A stretch of 63,775 nt of DNA, counting the filler, from Stramenopiles sp. TOSAG23-3 (taxonomy: Eukaryota), in assembly GCA_900128585.1 (NCBI GenBank). It is 8 parts of 8 records of this genome, joined end to end, with 100 filler letters (N's around TTAATTAATTAA, not from the genome) between each part and the next. Parts side by side here need not be neighbours in the genome. Positions count along the whole stretch, not along the records: positions 26,758 to 35,551 come from LT642982.1; positions 35,652 to 44,432 come from LT642984.1; 6 more parts are not named here. One strand, given 5' to 3'. Below are positions 34,101 to 43,317 of this stretch, one piece after another. How positions within the stretch are numbered: the first letter of the stretch is position 1; every line of letters starts with the position of its first letter. The notes under the pieces were generated by a model. The model did not search any database. It saw nothing but the letters and a program-made list of their open reading frames with translations, and was not told the origin of the DNA. Both the position numbers and the translations under genes were made by a program.

Positions 34101-34337
34101 CTCCTCATACAATTTTTGGTGCGGCACCCGACCTCTGTCGAATTCGTGTTGGGCGTGATAGCAAATTTGATCGATCGTCAACGTGCAGTCGACAAAGATA
34201 TTGTTCGTGGTCTTGTCCATTGCCTTTGTATGATTGGTTCAAAAAAAGCCCTAACAATACTTTCTTCGATGCCTCAGGAACACATCGACAAAGTAAAGGA
34301 AGAGAGACCAAGTATATGGAGGAAGCTATCGCTTTGA
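31179..34337 (+). CDS. SYMPK: Symplekin/Pta1 (pre-mRNA 3'-end processing scaffold), divergent
   Basis: N-terminal HEAT region with VRSLAIKFLE and FSLLDIPKKHSFL; C-terminal PPLLPRLLIQFLVRHPTSVEFVLGVIANLIDRQ. Confidence 0.8.
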   Translation: MEGELKQRSASNFLMTLEGNDVDTVRGEIVVFLNSAADTSNECSKRLQSLQNAEEILLNRRDIDENERSALLHEFVNKVADFALDSDVEIKCFILSFGEELSKRHPEQLPQILDAILFVAKTSEDKIVSKKILQTSVHIYRCCLAYIAREEKSSDELLATWKKLCTLKVLLQEKLGSPSEVVRSLAIKFLESIALAHSIVTRDLSTVKSSASDARLAPHGPDSFSLLDIPKKHSFLRFVDLRHVGEKVVTELICLSQLVFNGKNGDRGECRLTPKNVLVVINAITALSVHRSGFMPTVSRGLLHLYDFFRQTKCISMKETRMLTNCFKSSFLKLMKLTSSLKWHDDFTAVLVTLGAAAQAERAKQVSLLAAVQLSNQRRRKRAGMETAQDSKRQRLVAADTKNLENWPNLKNCVDIRKGFADKMNLQVLIEFVVLGMQFLPSAPSQMKYPSHRSYQPSQALKSLIDTLQVFGATRFKFSTKEAIALVNDCVVPRESTGGNSSSVDNAKNRLCEFESLMLDRVDTVSYDILKARLYQFCSRYGMKPDIPVCKWLSSFLPNLLYAQRISTNEKIDSSNVYLDKDSDVKSQRWNLYCFLYSNLLLSTVHEENIDIYWTSVLTLFEELVSPISGHFQKHKLDYFCFLNLVPRLDFIKIRSLDLNRNDYKEVKKIAETLAEIACSRSAQCIRVDCLKKLLSMAVCSQEATAEMCAKLVARRLCPEASLSPLILAYSRKIANVGVQCCGTTLHNSINLEDIRIRNMMALHIRVCCSYKGFFSELLGLYCSANEVGKNVMVRLVKRIGGCMRTYSDVVKVGYIKKLFNFPDDAIALVKVMLECIIGNSPSDTLIETVDELHQSISGRNIWPLIYILPGMTHDRITKQFLPKILKENLSIGQAALNKLFAMPTPQFSPITLGEMLKWLLQIQPNTLVEKINVVALVNYCLSDAFGLINDCSGLKFVIEDVAVKTVTPPLLPRLLIQFLVRHPTSVEFVLGVIANLIDRQRAVDKDIVRGLVHCLCMIGSKKALTILSSMPQEHIDKVKEERPSIWRKLSL

Positions 34338-34501
34338 TTACCGCGCTGTTATTAATGTGTGGTATCAAGAAGCCTATGAGCCAAAAGTAACTGCCTGTTC
34401 CATGGGGTACAAATGTGCGGCAGGCGAAAAATTAAGAATGTGATTTTTTTGTATATATCATAACTAGAAATATATTCTTTATCTCAACGTGGACACCAAT
34501 C

Positions 34502-34798
34502 TTGGCGAAAGAGCAATTTCTGTGCAGTGCAGGAAGGTCAAACGCTAAGGACGGGAAGCAATTCCTGCGATGCACCGGACGAGATTCCTATTGCAGCGGA
34601 TTTGCGATAATAACTGTATAAATTGCTCTTCGTTAACAGAGGTACAACAGTTCGAGAGCGGGGCCGTCTGCGTGATCTCTTACAGGACACAATTATATTG
34701 ACCATATGCGAGGAACACGCAACAGCTGATCAGTCCGTTTTTGGGATTACCATCAACTTGGGGACGCCAAGAATTATAGTCTTCCCCAATATGATGGT
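34502..34798 (+). ncRNA. Candidate structured RNA (unassigned)
   Basis: About 24-bp stem 34502-34528/34613-34636 with four G-U pairs, enclosing two hairpins; further stem at 34749-34798; no long ORF. Confidence 0.3.
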
Positions 34799-34849
34799 TT
34801 AGTTATCGCTTTAGAACCGCTTTTAGAGTTTTTTGTATTTATAAAAATA

Positions 34850-35305
34850 AGGGCGCCCGAAGTTCAAGCCTCATCCTCGGGCGCCCCGAGTCTATCAGAG
34901 TCATCCTCGAACGAATCAGAAGGGGAGGAGAAAGTGGACCAGAGCATCCCCAACAGGACGAGATCCCATCTGGCCAACCAGACAACCACAACACCGCTCA
35001 CTGAACTTTTACAACCGCAACAAAGGCTACAAATGCCGATAACGCATACCGACCCAAACGACCCTCCCCCGACACCTCAACTCACAAATGACAATTCCCT
35101 GGCTGGAGGGAAAACTCGCCTCCGACTGTTAGAAAAAATATTGGGAACAATGGCAAGCCAACAGTACATAAGAGGAAGAGAAAACTATTAATTTTTGGCG
35201 GGTGTACAACAAAAAGTCAAGAGAAAAAAAGAAGAAAGAGCAAAACAAAAAACTAGTACAATCACAAGAACGTATGATCTTCGGAAGAGAGAAAAATTAA
35301 CTTGA
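34850..35305 (+). pseudogene. Possible degenerate non-LTR retroelement fragment
   Basis: A/C-skewed strand; Trp-rich frame IPWLEGKLASDC*KKYWEQWQANST*EEEKTINFWRVYN with in-frame stops. Confidence 0.25.
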
Positions 35306-35474
35306 ATGGTTATTGTTTAACATCAAATTGAAACATTTACTTAAAATTTAGACCAGCTGGACATTTTTGTATCCATTTCTGGGTGCCATTTTCGAAGACA
35401 ATAATTTCCAAGTCGTATGTGCACGCTATTAGTGCCATTTCGCTCGCCTGTCCGTAAATTATATATTAATAGTT

Positions 35475-35551
35475 AAAACAAGAAAATTGGCTGTTATTTA
35501 AGTAATTAAATTTAGCTTCGTCGTACCCTAATCCTAACTTGATTCTGTAAT
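35475..35551. repeat. Family B repeat copy at a contig end
   Basis: Near-identical to 27586-27662. Confidence 0.92.
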
Positions 35552-35651
35552 NNNNNNNNNNNNNNNNNNNNNNNNNNNNNNNNNNNNNNNNNNNNTTAAT
35601 TAATTAANNNNNNNNNNNNNNNNNNNNNNNNNNNNNNNNNNNNNNNNNNNN
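35552..35651. other. Artificial contig linker
   Basis: 44N-TTAATTAATTAA-44N. Confidence 0.98.
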
Positions 35652-35670
35652 GTCTCTTCTATAAGAATTC

Positions 35671-38600
35671 TTAGTTGCTTATTTTCTTCTTATTTTCCTT
35701 CTTCTTTGATTTCCTGGCTTTTCTTCCACGAGCCACAGCCTGAATTTTTACAGCAGCCTCCGCTGTTTTCTTCTTCTCGCCTGAAGGTGCATCGTTCGTG
35801 GGGGATACGTTGGCTTCTCCCGTTGTCCCTTTCTTCTTCTTGTCCAGGTGTTTTCGTGTCTTTCGCCCTCGAGCAACAGCCTGGATTTTACGTGCTGCTG
35901 CTTCTTCCTGTCCGTTGCTGACGTTCTCCTCGTCCTTCTTTTTGCTGGTTCCCGCTTCGCTTTCTTTCAGCCCTTTCCTTGCTTTCCTGCCGCGCGTCAC
36001 GGCCTGTATTTTTTTGGCTGCTTCAATTTCATCGAGTTCAGAGGTCTCCATTTCGGCCGTTTCTTGCGGTGTATCTTTCGGCTTCATGGGCGTGTCCTCG
36101 TCTTTCCTTTCGTACTGGGCATTTTCGTCGACCTTCTCTTCCGATTTGTGCGACTCTTCGTCCTCGGGGATTGTCTCTAACGTATCCTTTTCATCGATGG
36201 CGTCTTCTTCACTCGTCGAACGAAGCGAATCGTTGTCATCGTCGGTGGAAAAGTCAGACTCTATGTTTTCCCCACCTTTTCCTTCGTTGTCCTCGTCTGG
36301 AACCCGGTATTCTTCTGAATCGGTGCTGACGTACTCGTCTTCGCTCGATTCGTACGAGAACTCGTACTTCGATTTGACGTTGTTGAACAATTCGGCGTGC
36401 TCGTCATCCTGCCTTGGTTCTCTCAATTCGATGCAAGCCAGGATCGTGCTGTCCGTGGTGTCTTCCAAAAAAAACGTTTTTTCAACGGATGGTTCCTGCA
36501 CGTCGTACCCTTTGACCATTTCTACGGGGGGTTCATTCTTGTAGGTTTTGTCCCGAATAAATTTTGTGATCAAAATGTTTTTCAGGTGCGAGCCCCTGGA
36601 AACGTGCTCATATGCCTGCCAGCGGACGACGATTTCTTCCATAACTTCGTTTTCGTCTGTGGAAAAGTCGTCTTCATCGCTGCCAAGGTCGTCGTCCCCT
36701 TCGTTTTCTATGGCATCGAGACTTTCATCGTAAGTGCCGTCAAGCCTTGGCGGGGGCCTTTTCTCTGCCGCCGCGGTTACCAGCTCCTCCGTCATGTACA
36801 AGCTGTAGAGCTTCTCGAACAATTTCACGCTTGCGCGATCTTTCGGCCTCACCAAACGGATTCTTCCCGTGTCTATCCGCTCGCGGACTTGCACATTTTT
36901 TCCGCAGGCACAAGGCACTACGCTCTCGCCGGCCAACACCTTTCTGTTGTGGGATTTTCCCACTTTCAAAACACCAAGGTCAAAATTCCCCAACTGCTCC
37001 ACGTACAAGCTCCGCGTGAAGCCCTCGTAACTTGTTGCCCTTCCAATTTTCCAGCTGGCTTTCCCATCTTCCCCAAAAGTGTACACGTCCACCACCCACT
37101 CTATGGAGACTGCACTAGTTGAAATCAAGCGTCTGGTTCCTTCGCTTGCAATCTTTCTCAGCTTCATGTGAACGCTGGCCTTTTGCGGCGCCGGTGGAAT
37201 AGTACAAATGTCTTCGAACGGTCTCCCGAGCCCTCGAGGGGGGTGCCATGCGCACTTCAGGGGGTTGCAAATGCTGAACTTTACCACGTTGATCGTGCTC
37301 AAGCACGCAGCATCGTACACTATTGCCATAGCAAGCAGAAGCGGCTGGGGCTTTTGCGCGTAACTCTGCTGCAGGTCCTGCGCGGACATGGAAGCGTTGC
37401 CGAGGGTGGCGTCTGCAAATTCTTCAAAGTCGATCTTTCCATCTGAATTTTGATCAAAAAAAGCCACCAGCCCGTTCATCATTTGTTCCGGCAATTTCGG
37501 AAGAATCATCTTCACGAACTTTCGAAACTCGTAAACGTTTATGTAACCAGACCCGTCCTCGTCGAACAGTTTGAAGACGTGCTCCAGTTTTCCACGCGTG
37601 TGGGGAATCTTGGAGAAGTCAACCGCGTAGTCTTCAGAAGTTTCGGTCCCTAGAACATTGCCCCCGGTCCCCTCTTTTCCGATGGCTGGGGCAGCGTTTT
37701 CGTTTCCCAGCTTCGAAATAATCTCGTTGATGACTTCCTTTATTACAAAGGCTGGGTCGACCGTGTCGGTGGTGGTACCGTCGGCTTGCTCCCCGACCCC
37801 GCTGTTTTTGTCCTCGTAGAAAGAATCCAATATGCGCAGCATGGCCTCGTCTCCGTCGCTAAGGGTGGACCGTAACTTTTCCAGGGAATCCCTGAACTTT
37901 GAAACGTCCGAATTGCCCCAGTTTGGAACCGCCGTCTTTATCACGTCTTCCTTCGTGACCGTAAAGTCTACTTGGAGGGTTCTTCCAGGGAGAAGGTATT
38001 GGTCGGGATACCACAACTTTGGTGGTTCCAAACCCATGACCCCGTGTCGATGCCTCCTTTTGGATTCTTTTGCCTGCGATGAATGCAGGGTTGCACGACG
38101 GCTAAATTTAAAATCCATGTCTGGCGCTTTGGACATCCGGTGCTGCCTTGAGCCGCTGCTCAGGCCATAGAGGGCAGCTGTCGCAGAAACAAACTTTGCG
38201 AGCCTGACCCACTTGCCATTTCGTCTCTTTCGATCTTCAAAGTCTTCCCTGAGCCTGACGTACCGTCGCTCTAGGCCTTCATGGTCGCCTTCTTCGAAAC
38301 TCTTGCCGATGACGTAGTAGACGTACGCAACGCTGTCCTCCCCTGCCTTTTCCGAATCCGTCAAAAGAACGTTCAATATCTGGTGCCTCTCGGTCTTCTC
38401 TCCGCCTTTCATGTGGACCAAAACAGCAAACCGGCAAGAATTTCGCCCGGTATAGATTCTTGTCGCAAATACGGCTGGAACAAGACCCGACCGGGAGGGT
38501 ACAATCTGATCGTTCCGTCGCGTCCGGATTTTCCTGGACTTGACAGCATCTGCTATATCTTTCGGCACTGAGACGGTAATGTAGGATTCGCACTCGTAGG

Positions 38601-40989
38601 CCAACAGCGTAGCAGACAGAGAGACTTGGTCGAGCAGCTTCGTTTTGTTCTCATTGGCTAAACGGTCGCTTTTGTCCACATCGTCCACCGGTATGTACAC
38701 TGACTCGTAGCGCTTCGAGTCTGGCTCCTCAGCTTTCTTTTTTCGTTTTCGAGGTAAGAAATCGTCGTCAAAATCGTCGGCGTCGGGGTCGTCTGCCCGT
38801 CCTTCCTGGTCCGTTGCTGCCTCCGCATTTGAGTCAGCTTTTATTGCCCCAAGCTTTGGCAGAGTGGCCTTGCTTCCAGTGTTTTCAATCGCTGACAACT
38901 GCAATTTTTTGCTTACCCCTTTTTGTTGCTCCACGCCCTGTTGGCGTTGTTCTGCTGCGGGTTCAATGTCGGCCTGCTCCGGCTCTGCAGCTGGCACATC
39001 CTTTGGGGCATTTTCTGCCAGCTCAATGCTTGCCTCCAACCGTTCGTCGTGCGCTTTTTCCATTTCAGCTTTACTTTTCTTAACTGGACTGGCCGCCTCG
39101 ATTGCTTTCGCTTTGGTTTTCATCTTTCGAATCTGTTTGTCGTGCTTTTCTTTTGCCTTTTTCTTCTTTTTGGCGCGCTCCTTTGCGTGCTTGAAAACGG
39201 CTTCTATTCCTCCTGTTTTCTTTATTTTTCGCGCGACATGGCTGTGATAAGATCTCGCTATCGTGTTGGCGGCCTTGATGTTTGTCTCCCTAAACTCTGC
39301 GTAAGACATGCGGGCCAGCACGCCTCTTGCACGAGCTTGAACTTTTCTAGCGGCCCTGTTCTTTTCCCGTCGAGCCGCCCGTTTCCGTTGTTCTTTCAGA
39401 CGCTTGTCTTTCCTGATCCTGCGATCTTCCCGGAGCTTGTCGAGCTGCGCTTTGTAGGACCTTCTTGTGCAGAACCCTCGATATGCGGATTGAATGCACA
39501 TTGCCCCCCTGATCTTTGCCCGTTGTAACTTCGCCGCTATCAAATGCGGGTTTGTCCTTGACCTACTGTTGAAACCCCGAAACACACTTTGAATCGACTT
39601 TGCAGACGTGTGGTTTAATTTCTGCAAACCTTGCAATCTCCGCTTAACCCTTGAGTACCTTGCGTCTTTTTTCGGGCCCGCGTTCGTGCCTTTCAGGGTG
39701 AAAGTGTCCCTCCCGATCAAAAGCTCGCTCTCTCTTCCTGATGGCCAGCGAACGGACAATATCCCGTCCGCTTCGTTGTACAGGTACACGTTTCCGACCA
39801 GTACGTACACGTCGCCTTTGGCGTTCTGCTTCACGACGGTGTTGTGCACGGGGACCCCGACGTTCCAATCTACGTTGTAAATCAGCCGGCCGTAACCACC
39901 GTAGACTCTGGACATTATAAAATTGTTCCTAGACCGCTTCGCCCTGACCACCGTTCTCGACTCCAGCAATGATAGCTCTTCCTCGCTCATATTTACAATT
40001 TCAGGCTTTTCTACTTCATTCTCTTTCAAGGGCCCGATCTTCGTGGTAGCCGGGGGGAAAAACAGGCCTTCGCTGTCTTTGCACCACCCCCGCTCTTCCA
40101 ACAATGGCCACGTTTTATTCCAAAACTGAGAGTCCTCCATGACCCCCTGGCGTCCCGGAAAATGGGCTGTCTTCCCTCTAGTGCGAAGCTCCTTCAAAAA
40201 ATTGCGTTTGGACCTGGTGATAAAGGCTCCCATATTATTCATCTTTTCCGCGTCTTCCATGATCCAGGCGGGCACGCGAGGAGACAGGATTGACTTCGGG
40301 TCGTTTAAGGAGCATATAATTTCTGCAGCACTCCGCGGTTTAATACTATCGCTTTTCCCTGCGCTTTGGTTCGGGGTCATGTTTTCTTCGTCCTCCATGT
40401 TTTCACCCGCACTTCCACCCTCCTGCGCCTTGCCGTTGCCCAAATGCTCCCTGCGCGCTTTCCTTCCGCGGTGCACCGCCTGGATTTTCGTTGCCGCGAC
40501 AACTTCCTCGTCCCTTTCCCCTCCGGCAGCGGTGTTCCCCCGTTCCTTTTTTCGAGACTTTCTTCCCCGGTGTGCGGCTTGTATTTTCGTTGCTGCCGTT
40601 ACTTCCTCGTTCGTTGGTTTTATTTTGTTGGGCTTCTTTTTTCTTGCTAGTCTTCCTCTATGCATTGCCTGTATCTTAGTCGCCGAGTGCGTTTCCTTGT
40701 CTCTCTCTGCTTTCCTCCGTTTCGCTGTGGACCGTCTTGCCTTCCGCCCACGATGCACCGCTTGAATTTTTGTCGCCGCATTTACCTCGCCCTCGTCCTG
40801 CTTCCTACCATCCTTTTTCTTCTCTTTTCGCGCTTTACGTCCACGGTGTGCTGCTTGTATCTTTACAGCGGCTTGCGTCTCCATTTTTTTTTTATTCTTA
40901 CGGTGCTTTCGTGCCTTTCGCCCACGGTGAACTGCCTGTATTTTAGTCGCGGCAGCCACCTCGTCGTCATCAGCCTCGTCCCCACCCAT
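35671..40989 (-). CDS. Giant multi-IQ-motif protein with an EF-hand pair
   Basis: Six N-terminal and three C-terminal AAxKIQAxxRGRKARK motifs plus about four internal IQ-like motifs; EF hands FDEDGSGYINVYEF and FDQNSDGKIDFEEF. ATG 40989. Confidence 0.9.
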   Translation of the reverse strand: MGGDEADDDEVAAATKIQAVHRGRKARKHRKNKKKMETQAAVKIQAAHRGRKARKEKKKDGRKQDEGEVNAATKIQAVHRGRKARRSTAKRRKAERDKETHSATKIQAMHRGRLARKKKPNKIKPTNEEVTAATKIQAAHRGRKSRKKERGNTAAGGERDEEVVAATKIQAVHRGRKARREHLGNGKAQEGGSAGENMEDEENMTPNQSAGKSDSIKPRSAAEIICSLNDPKSILSPRVPAWIMEDAEKMNNMGAFITRSKRNFLKELRTRGKTAHFPGRQGVMEDSQFWNKTWPLLEERGWCKDSEGLFFPPATTKIGPLKENEVEKPEIVNMSEEELSLLESRTVVRAKRSRNNFIMSRVYGGYGRLIYNVDWNVGVPVHNTVVKQNAKGDVYVLVGNVYLYNEADGILSVRWPSGRESELLIGRDTFTLKGTNAGPKKDARYSRVKRRLQGLQKLNHTSAKSIQSVFRGFNSRSRTNPHLIAAKLQRAKIRGAMCIQSAYRGFCTRRSYKAQLDKLREDRRIRKDKRLKEQRKRAARREKNRAARKVQARARGVLARMSYAEFRETNIKAANTIARSYHSHVARKIKKTGGIEAVFKHAKERAKKKKKAKEKHDKQIRKMKTKAKAIEAASPVKKSKAEMEKAHDERLEASIELAENAPKDVPAAEPEQADIEPAAEQRQQGVEQQKGVSKKLQLSAIENTGSKATLPKLGAIKADSNAEAATDQEGRADDPDADDFDDDFLPRKRKKKAEEPDSKRYESVYIPVDDVDKSDRLANENKTKLLDQVSLSATLLAYECESYITVSVPKDIADAVKSRKIRTRRNDQIVPSRSGLVPAVFATRIYTGRNSCRFAVLVHMKGGEKTERHQILNVLLTDSEKAGEDSVAYVYYVIGKSFEEGDHEGLERRYVRLREDFEDRKRRNGKWVRLAKFVSATAALYGLSSGSRQHRMSKAPDMDFKFSRRATLHSSQAKESKRRHRHGVMGLEPPKLWYPDQYLLPGRTLQVDFTVTKEDVIKTAVPNWGNSDVSKFRDSLEKLRSTLSDGDEAMLRILDSFYEDKNSGVGEQADGTTTDTVDPAFVIKEVINEIISKLGNENAAPAIGKEGTGGNVLGTETSEDYAVDFSKIPHTRGKLEHVFKLFDEDGSGYINVYEFRKFVKMILPKLPEQMMNGLVAFFDQNSDGKIDFEEFADATLGNASMSAQDLQQSYAQKPQPLLLAMAIVYDAACLSTINVVKFSICNPLKCAWHPPRGLGRPFEDICTIPPAPQKASVHMKLRKIASEGTRRLISTSAVSIEWVVDVYTFGEDGKASWKIGRATSYEGFTRSLYVEQLGNFDLGVLKVGKSHNRKVLAGESVVPCACGKNVQVRERIDTGRIRLVRPKDRASVKLFEKLYSLYMTEELVTAAAEKRPPPRLDGTYDESLDAIENEGDDDLGSDEDDFSTDENEVMEEIVVRWQAYEHVSRGSHLKNILITKFIRDKTYKNEPPVEMVKGYDVQEPSVEKTFFLEDTTDSTILACIELREPRQDDEHAELFNNVKSKYEFSYESSEDEYVSTDSEEYRVPDEDNEGKGGENIESDFSTDDDNDSLRSTSEEDAIDEKDTLETIPEDEESHKSEEKVDENAQYERKDEDTPMKPKDTPQETAEMETSELDEIEAAKKIQAVTRGRKARKGLKESEAGTSKKKDEENVSNGQEEAAARKIQAVARGRKTRKHLDKKKKGTTGEANVSPTNDAPSGEKKKTAEAAVKIQAVARGRKARKSKKKENKKKISN

Positions 40990-41782
40990 AATCAACGACT
41001 AAAAATGACGATCAAAAACAATCCCCGTACAAAAAATATAAGACGTAACTTGTAAACAATCCTCTCTTTCACCGTTCTACTAAAAAAACGTTTGAAAAGA
41101 AACCTTTCCTTTCCATTGATCACCCTTTTAATAGAACACCATAAAGACAACAACAACAAAAAAAGGCATCAAACAAAAACATTCTTCTTCTTCTTCTATC
41201 TTTTTTTATTATTTTTTTTTTTCTATATTTAATAATATAGGAATACCATTGGAATCTTGTTTTTTTTGCATCGACCGTTATATTATTTCTATGTAATACT
41301 GTATCTATTCTATTCTATATATAATATAGAAATAGAATGGAAAAAATCGAAAACGAATTCAGTTGAATATTCACCCTCTTCTTCTTAGTAGGGGAATAGT
41401 GGGGGAATACCAAAGAAATTAAAATTAGTCTGGAAAAAGAACGAAGAACAATTGATATTAATATTGCGCTTTGTTTGAATTATATATTTCTTCTTCTTTT
41501 TTTTTCTATATTATTAGAAGAAGAAGAAGTGTTCTAACGCCTAAGAAAAGATGAACAATTGCACCATGGTCACTGCTAAGAATATTCGTTGAGTTCCTTC
41601 TTCTGTTCTTTTTGTTGGTTCATTAAGTGTTTCCTGGAGTTAGTAAGTGTCCCGGCTAGGGAAGATTTTTTAAAAGAACAGGAAAGCAACAATCCCTTTC
41701 TAAGCTTTCTTTTTTTTTGTCTTCAGAGTATCAGAGTAAAGCAGGGATTGTCCAACCCAACGAACGACTTATTTCACACGCC

Positions 41783-43171
41783 ATGTCTTCCGGCAGCCTT
41801 TATTCGGTGCCCGAAGGTGAGAGCATTGCCCAGCAAAATTCTGGCCGAGCTCCTTCAGACCACCCCCTTCTCAGTGATTTGCGTGTTTTGAAATCGATGC
41901 TTACGGAGGAACTGATCACCCAAACCGAGTACGACGCAAAAAAGACGGACATTTTGGACAGGGTCGGGGTCTACTCAACGGAGCGGGCCGACTGGACGGA
42001 CGCAGAAATAAGCGAAAGGATCGAGCAGAGTACCAAGAAGGAATGGCGGCTGAACGCTGTGTCTTCCAAGAAGAAGGCGCGCCGATCAGGATCGAAGATG
42101 AACATAAGGGGACACCACAACACGATCGACCCGGGCCTGAAGCTACTGGGCAAACGCTTGAATTATTTCATGCTTCCGTCCAGGGTGAAGACGGCGCCGC
42201 TCAGGCGGCGGACGATCGTGGAGAAGGCTATTTGCCCGTGCTTCTCAAAGCGCTACCACCACTTTAACGTGGGGGGGCATCACCAAGAAACTTTTGCCCA
42301 AAAATTGGCGGAGGGGATGCTGAAAGGGAAGACGAAAAAACAGGTCAAGCACGCCCCACCGACCCCATTAATGTACCGACTCATTTCCTTGCTGAAATAT
42401 ACGCCCAAGCCGTGGCTGTTCGGCGGGGCGTTTGCGACCCTGGTGCTGGCGTCCTTGCTTTTCTCCACCATGTATTTTTTTGGAAACTGCAGTACAATAG
42501 ACTACTCGTTCGGTGTCATTTTCCTCCAGTCGCTCACGCAGTTGCTCGGGGCGAACCCGGAAGGGATAGACGTGACCCAGACGCAGTGCAGTTTCATTTT
42601 CTCCGTTGCGAGTGCCATGGGGGTAGGCCTGAAGTCGCTCGCGTTTGCTTTTTGCGTAGCGATTTTGCAAGATGCGGCGCCCTCGATTTTGTTCTCAAGG
42701 ATAGCTACCGTGCGGCTGCGGGACGGTTTTCCTTTGTTGATGGTTCGCGTGGATGCGCCCGGTTCGCGCTGCCTGCTCGACGTCCAAGCGTCTGGGGAAT
42801 GGTTCTACACGGCCGTTACGTCTGAAAACGAGAAGTACTACAAGTACGAACCCCTTAAGTTCCAATGCCAGAGCACGCTGCAAATGGCAACGACGCTGTG
42901 CCACAAAATAGACCGCACGTCCCCGCTCTTCGGCCAACCGCTCGACGAGCTGCAAGGTATCATTTCTGTTCAGCTGCGGGCGGTCGATGTTCTCACGAGG
43001 AAGGAAACGCGCGCCGTGACAATGTACATGTGCGATACGGATATTCGCATCAACCACCGGTTTAAAGACGTCGTTAAAACCTCTGGGTTTGTGGCGGTTG
43101 CGGAAAACAGGGCAACGGAGAGCGATCTGTTCTCCTTTCACGATACGGACCCGATACAGGAGCGAAAATAA
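41783..43171 (+). CDS. Inward-rectifier (Kir/KirBac)-like channel with N-terminal SHOCT domain and non-canonical pore
   Basis: LRVLKSMLTEELITQTEYDAKKTDIL (SHOCT); two TM helices; ILFSRIATVRLRDGFPLLMVRV and LCHKIDRTSPLFG (Kir cytoplasmic domain). ATG 41783. Confidence 0.78.
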   Translation: MSSGSLYSVPEGESIAQQNSGRAPSDHPLLSDLRVLKSMLTEELITQTEYDAKKTDILDRVGVYSTERADWTDAEISERIEQSTKKEWRLNAVSSKKKARRSGSKMNIRGHHNTIDPGLKLLGKRLNYFMLPSRVKTAPLRRRTIVEKAICPCFSKRYHHFNVGGHHQETFAQKLAEGMLKGKTKKQVKHAPPTPLMYRLISLLKYTPKPWLFGGAFATLVLASLLFSTMYFFGNCSTIDYSFGVIFLQSLTQLLGANPEGIDVTQTQCSFIFSVASAMGVGLKSLAFAFCVAILQDAAPSILFSRIATVRLRDGFPLLMVRVDAPGSRCLLDVQASGEWFYTAVTSENEKYYKYEPLKFQCQSTLQMATTLCHKIDRTSPLFGQPLDELQGIISVQLRAVDVLTRKETRAVTMYMCDTDIRINHRFKDVVKTSGFVAVAENRATESDLFSFHDTDPIQERK

Positions 43172-43317
43172 AAGGCGTGTGGTTTGTTTTAAAAAATGTT
43201 CTTTTTTTTGTTAAAATATTTTTGTGTCCGTTTTATTGATTACTAAAGTGTAGTTAATTTAATACTGGCGTGTTGGTCCATTACCTCCCAGTACCCTGCC
43301 GATTAAATAAATTGAGT

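Noticed and set aside
14323-43171. Ca2+/ion-signalling cluster (CASTOR, IQ/EF-hand, Kir-like)
   Set aside because: CASTOR is on a different contig; only the IQ and Kir-like genes are truly adjacent, and one divergent pair is not evidence of a system.
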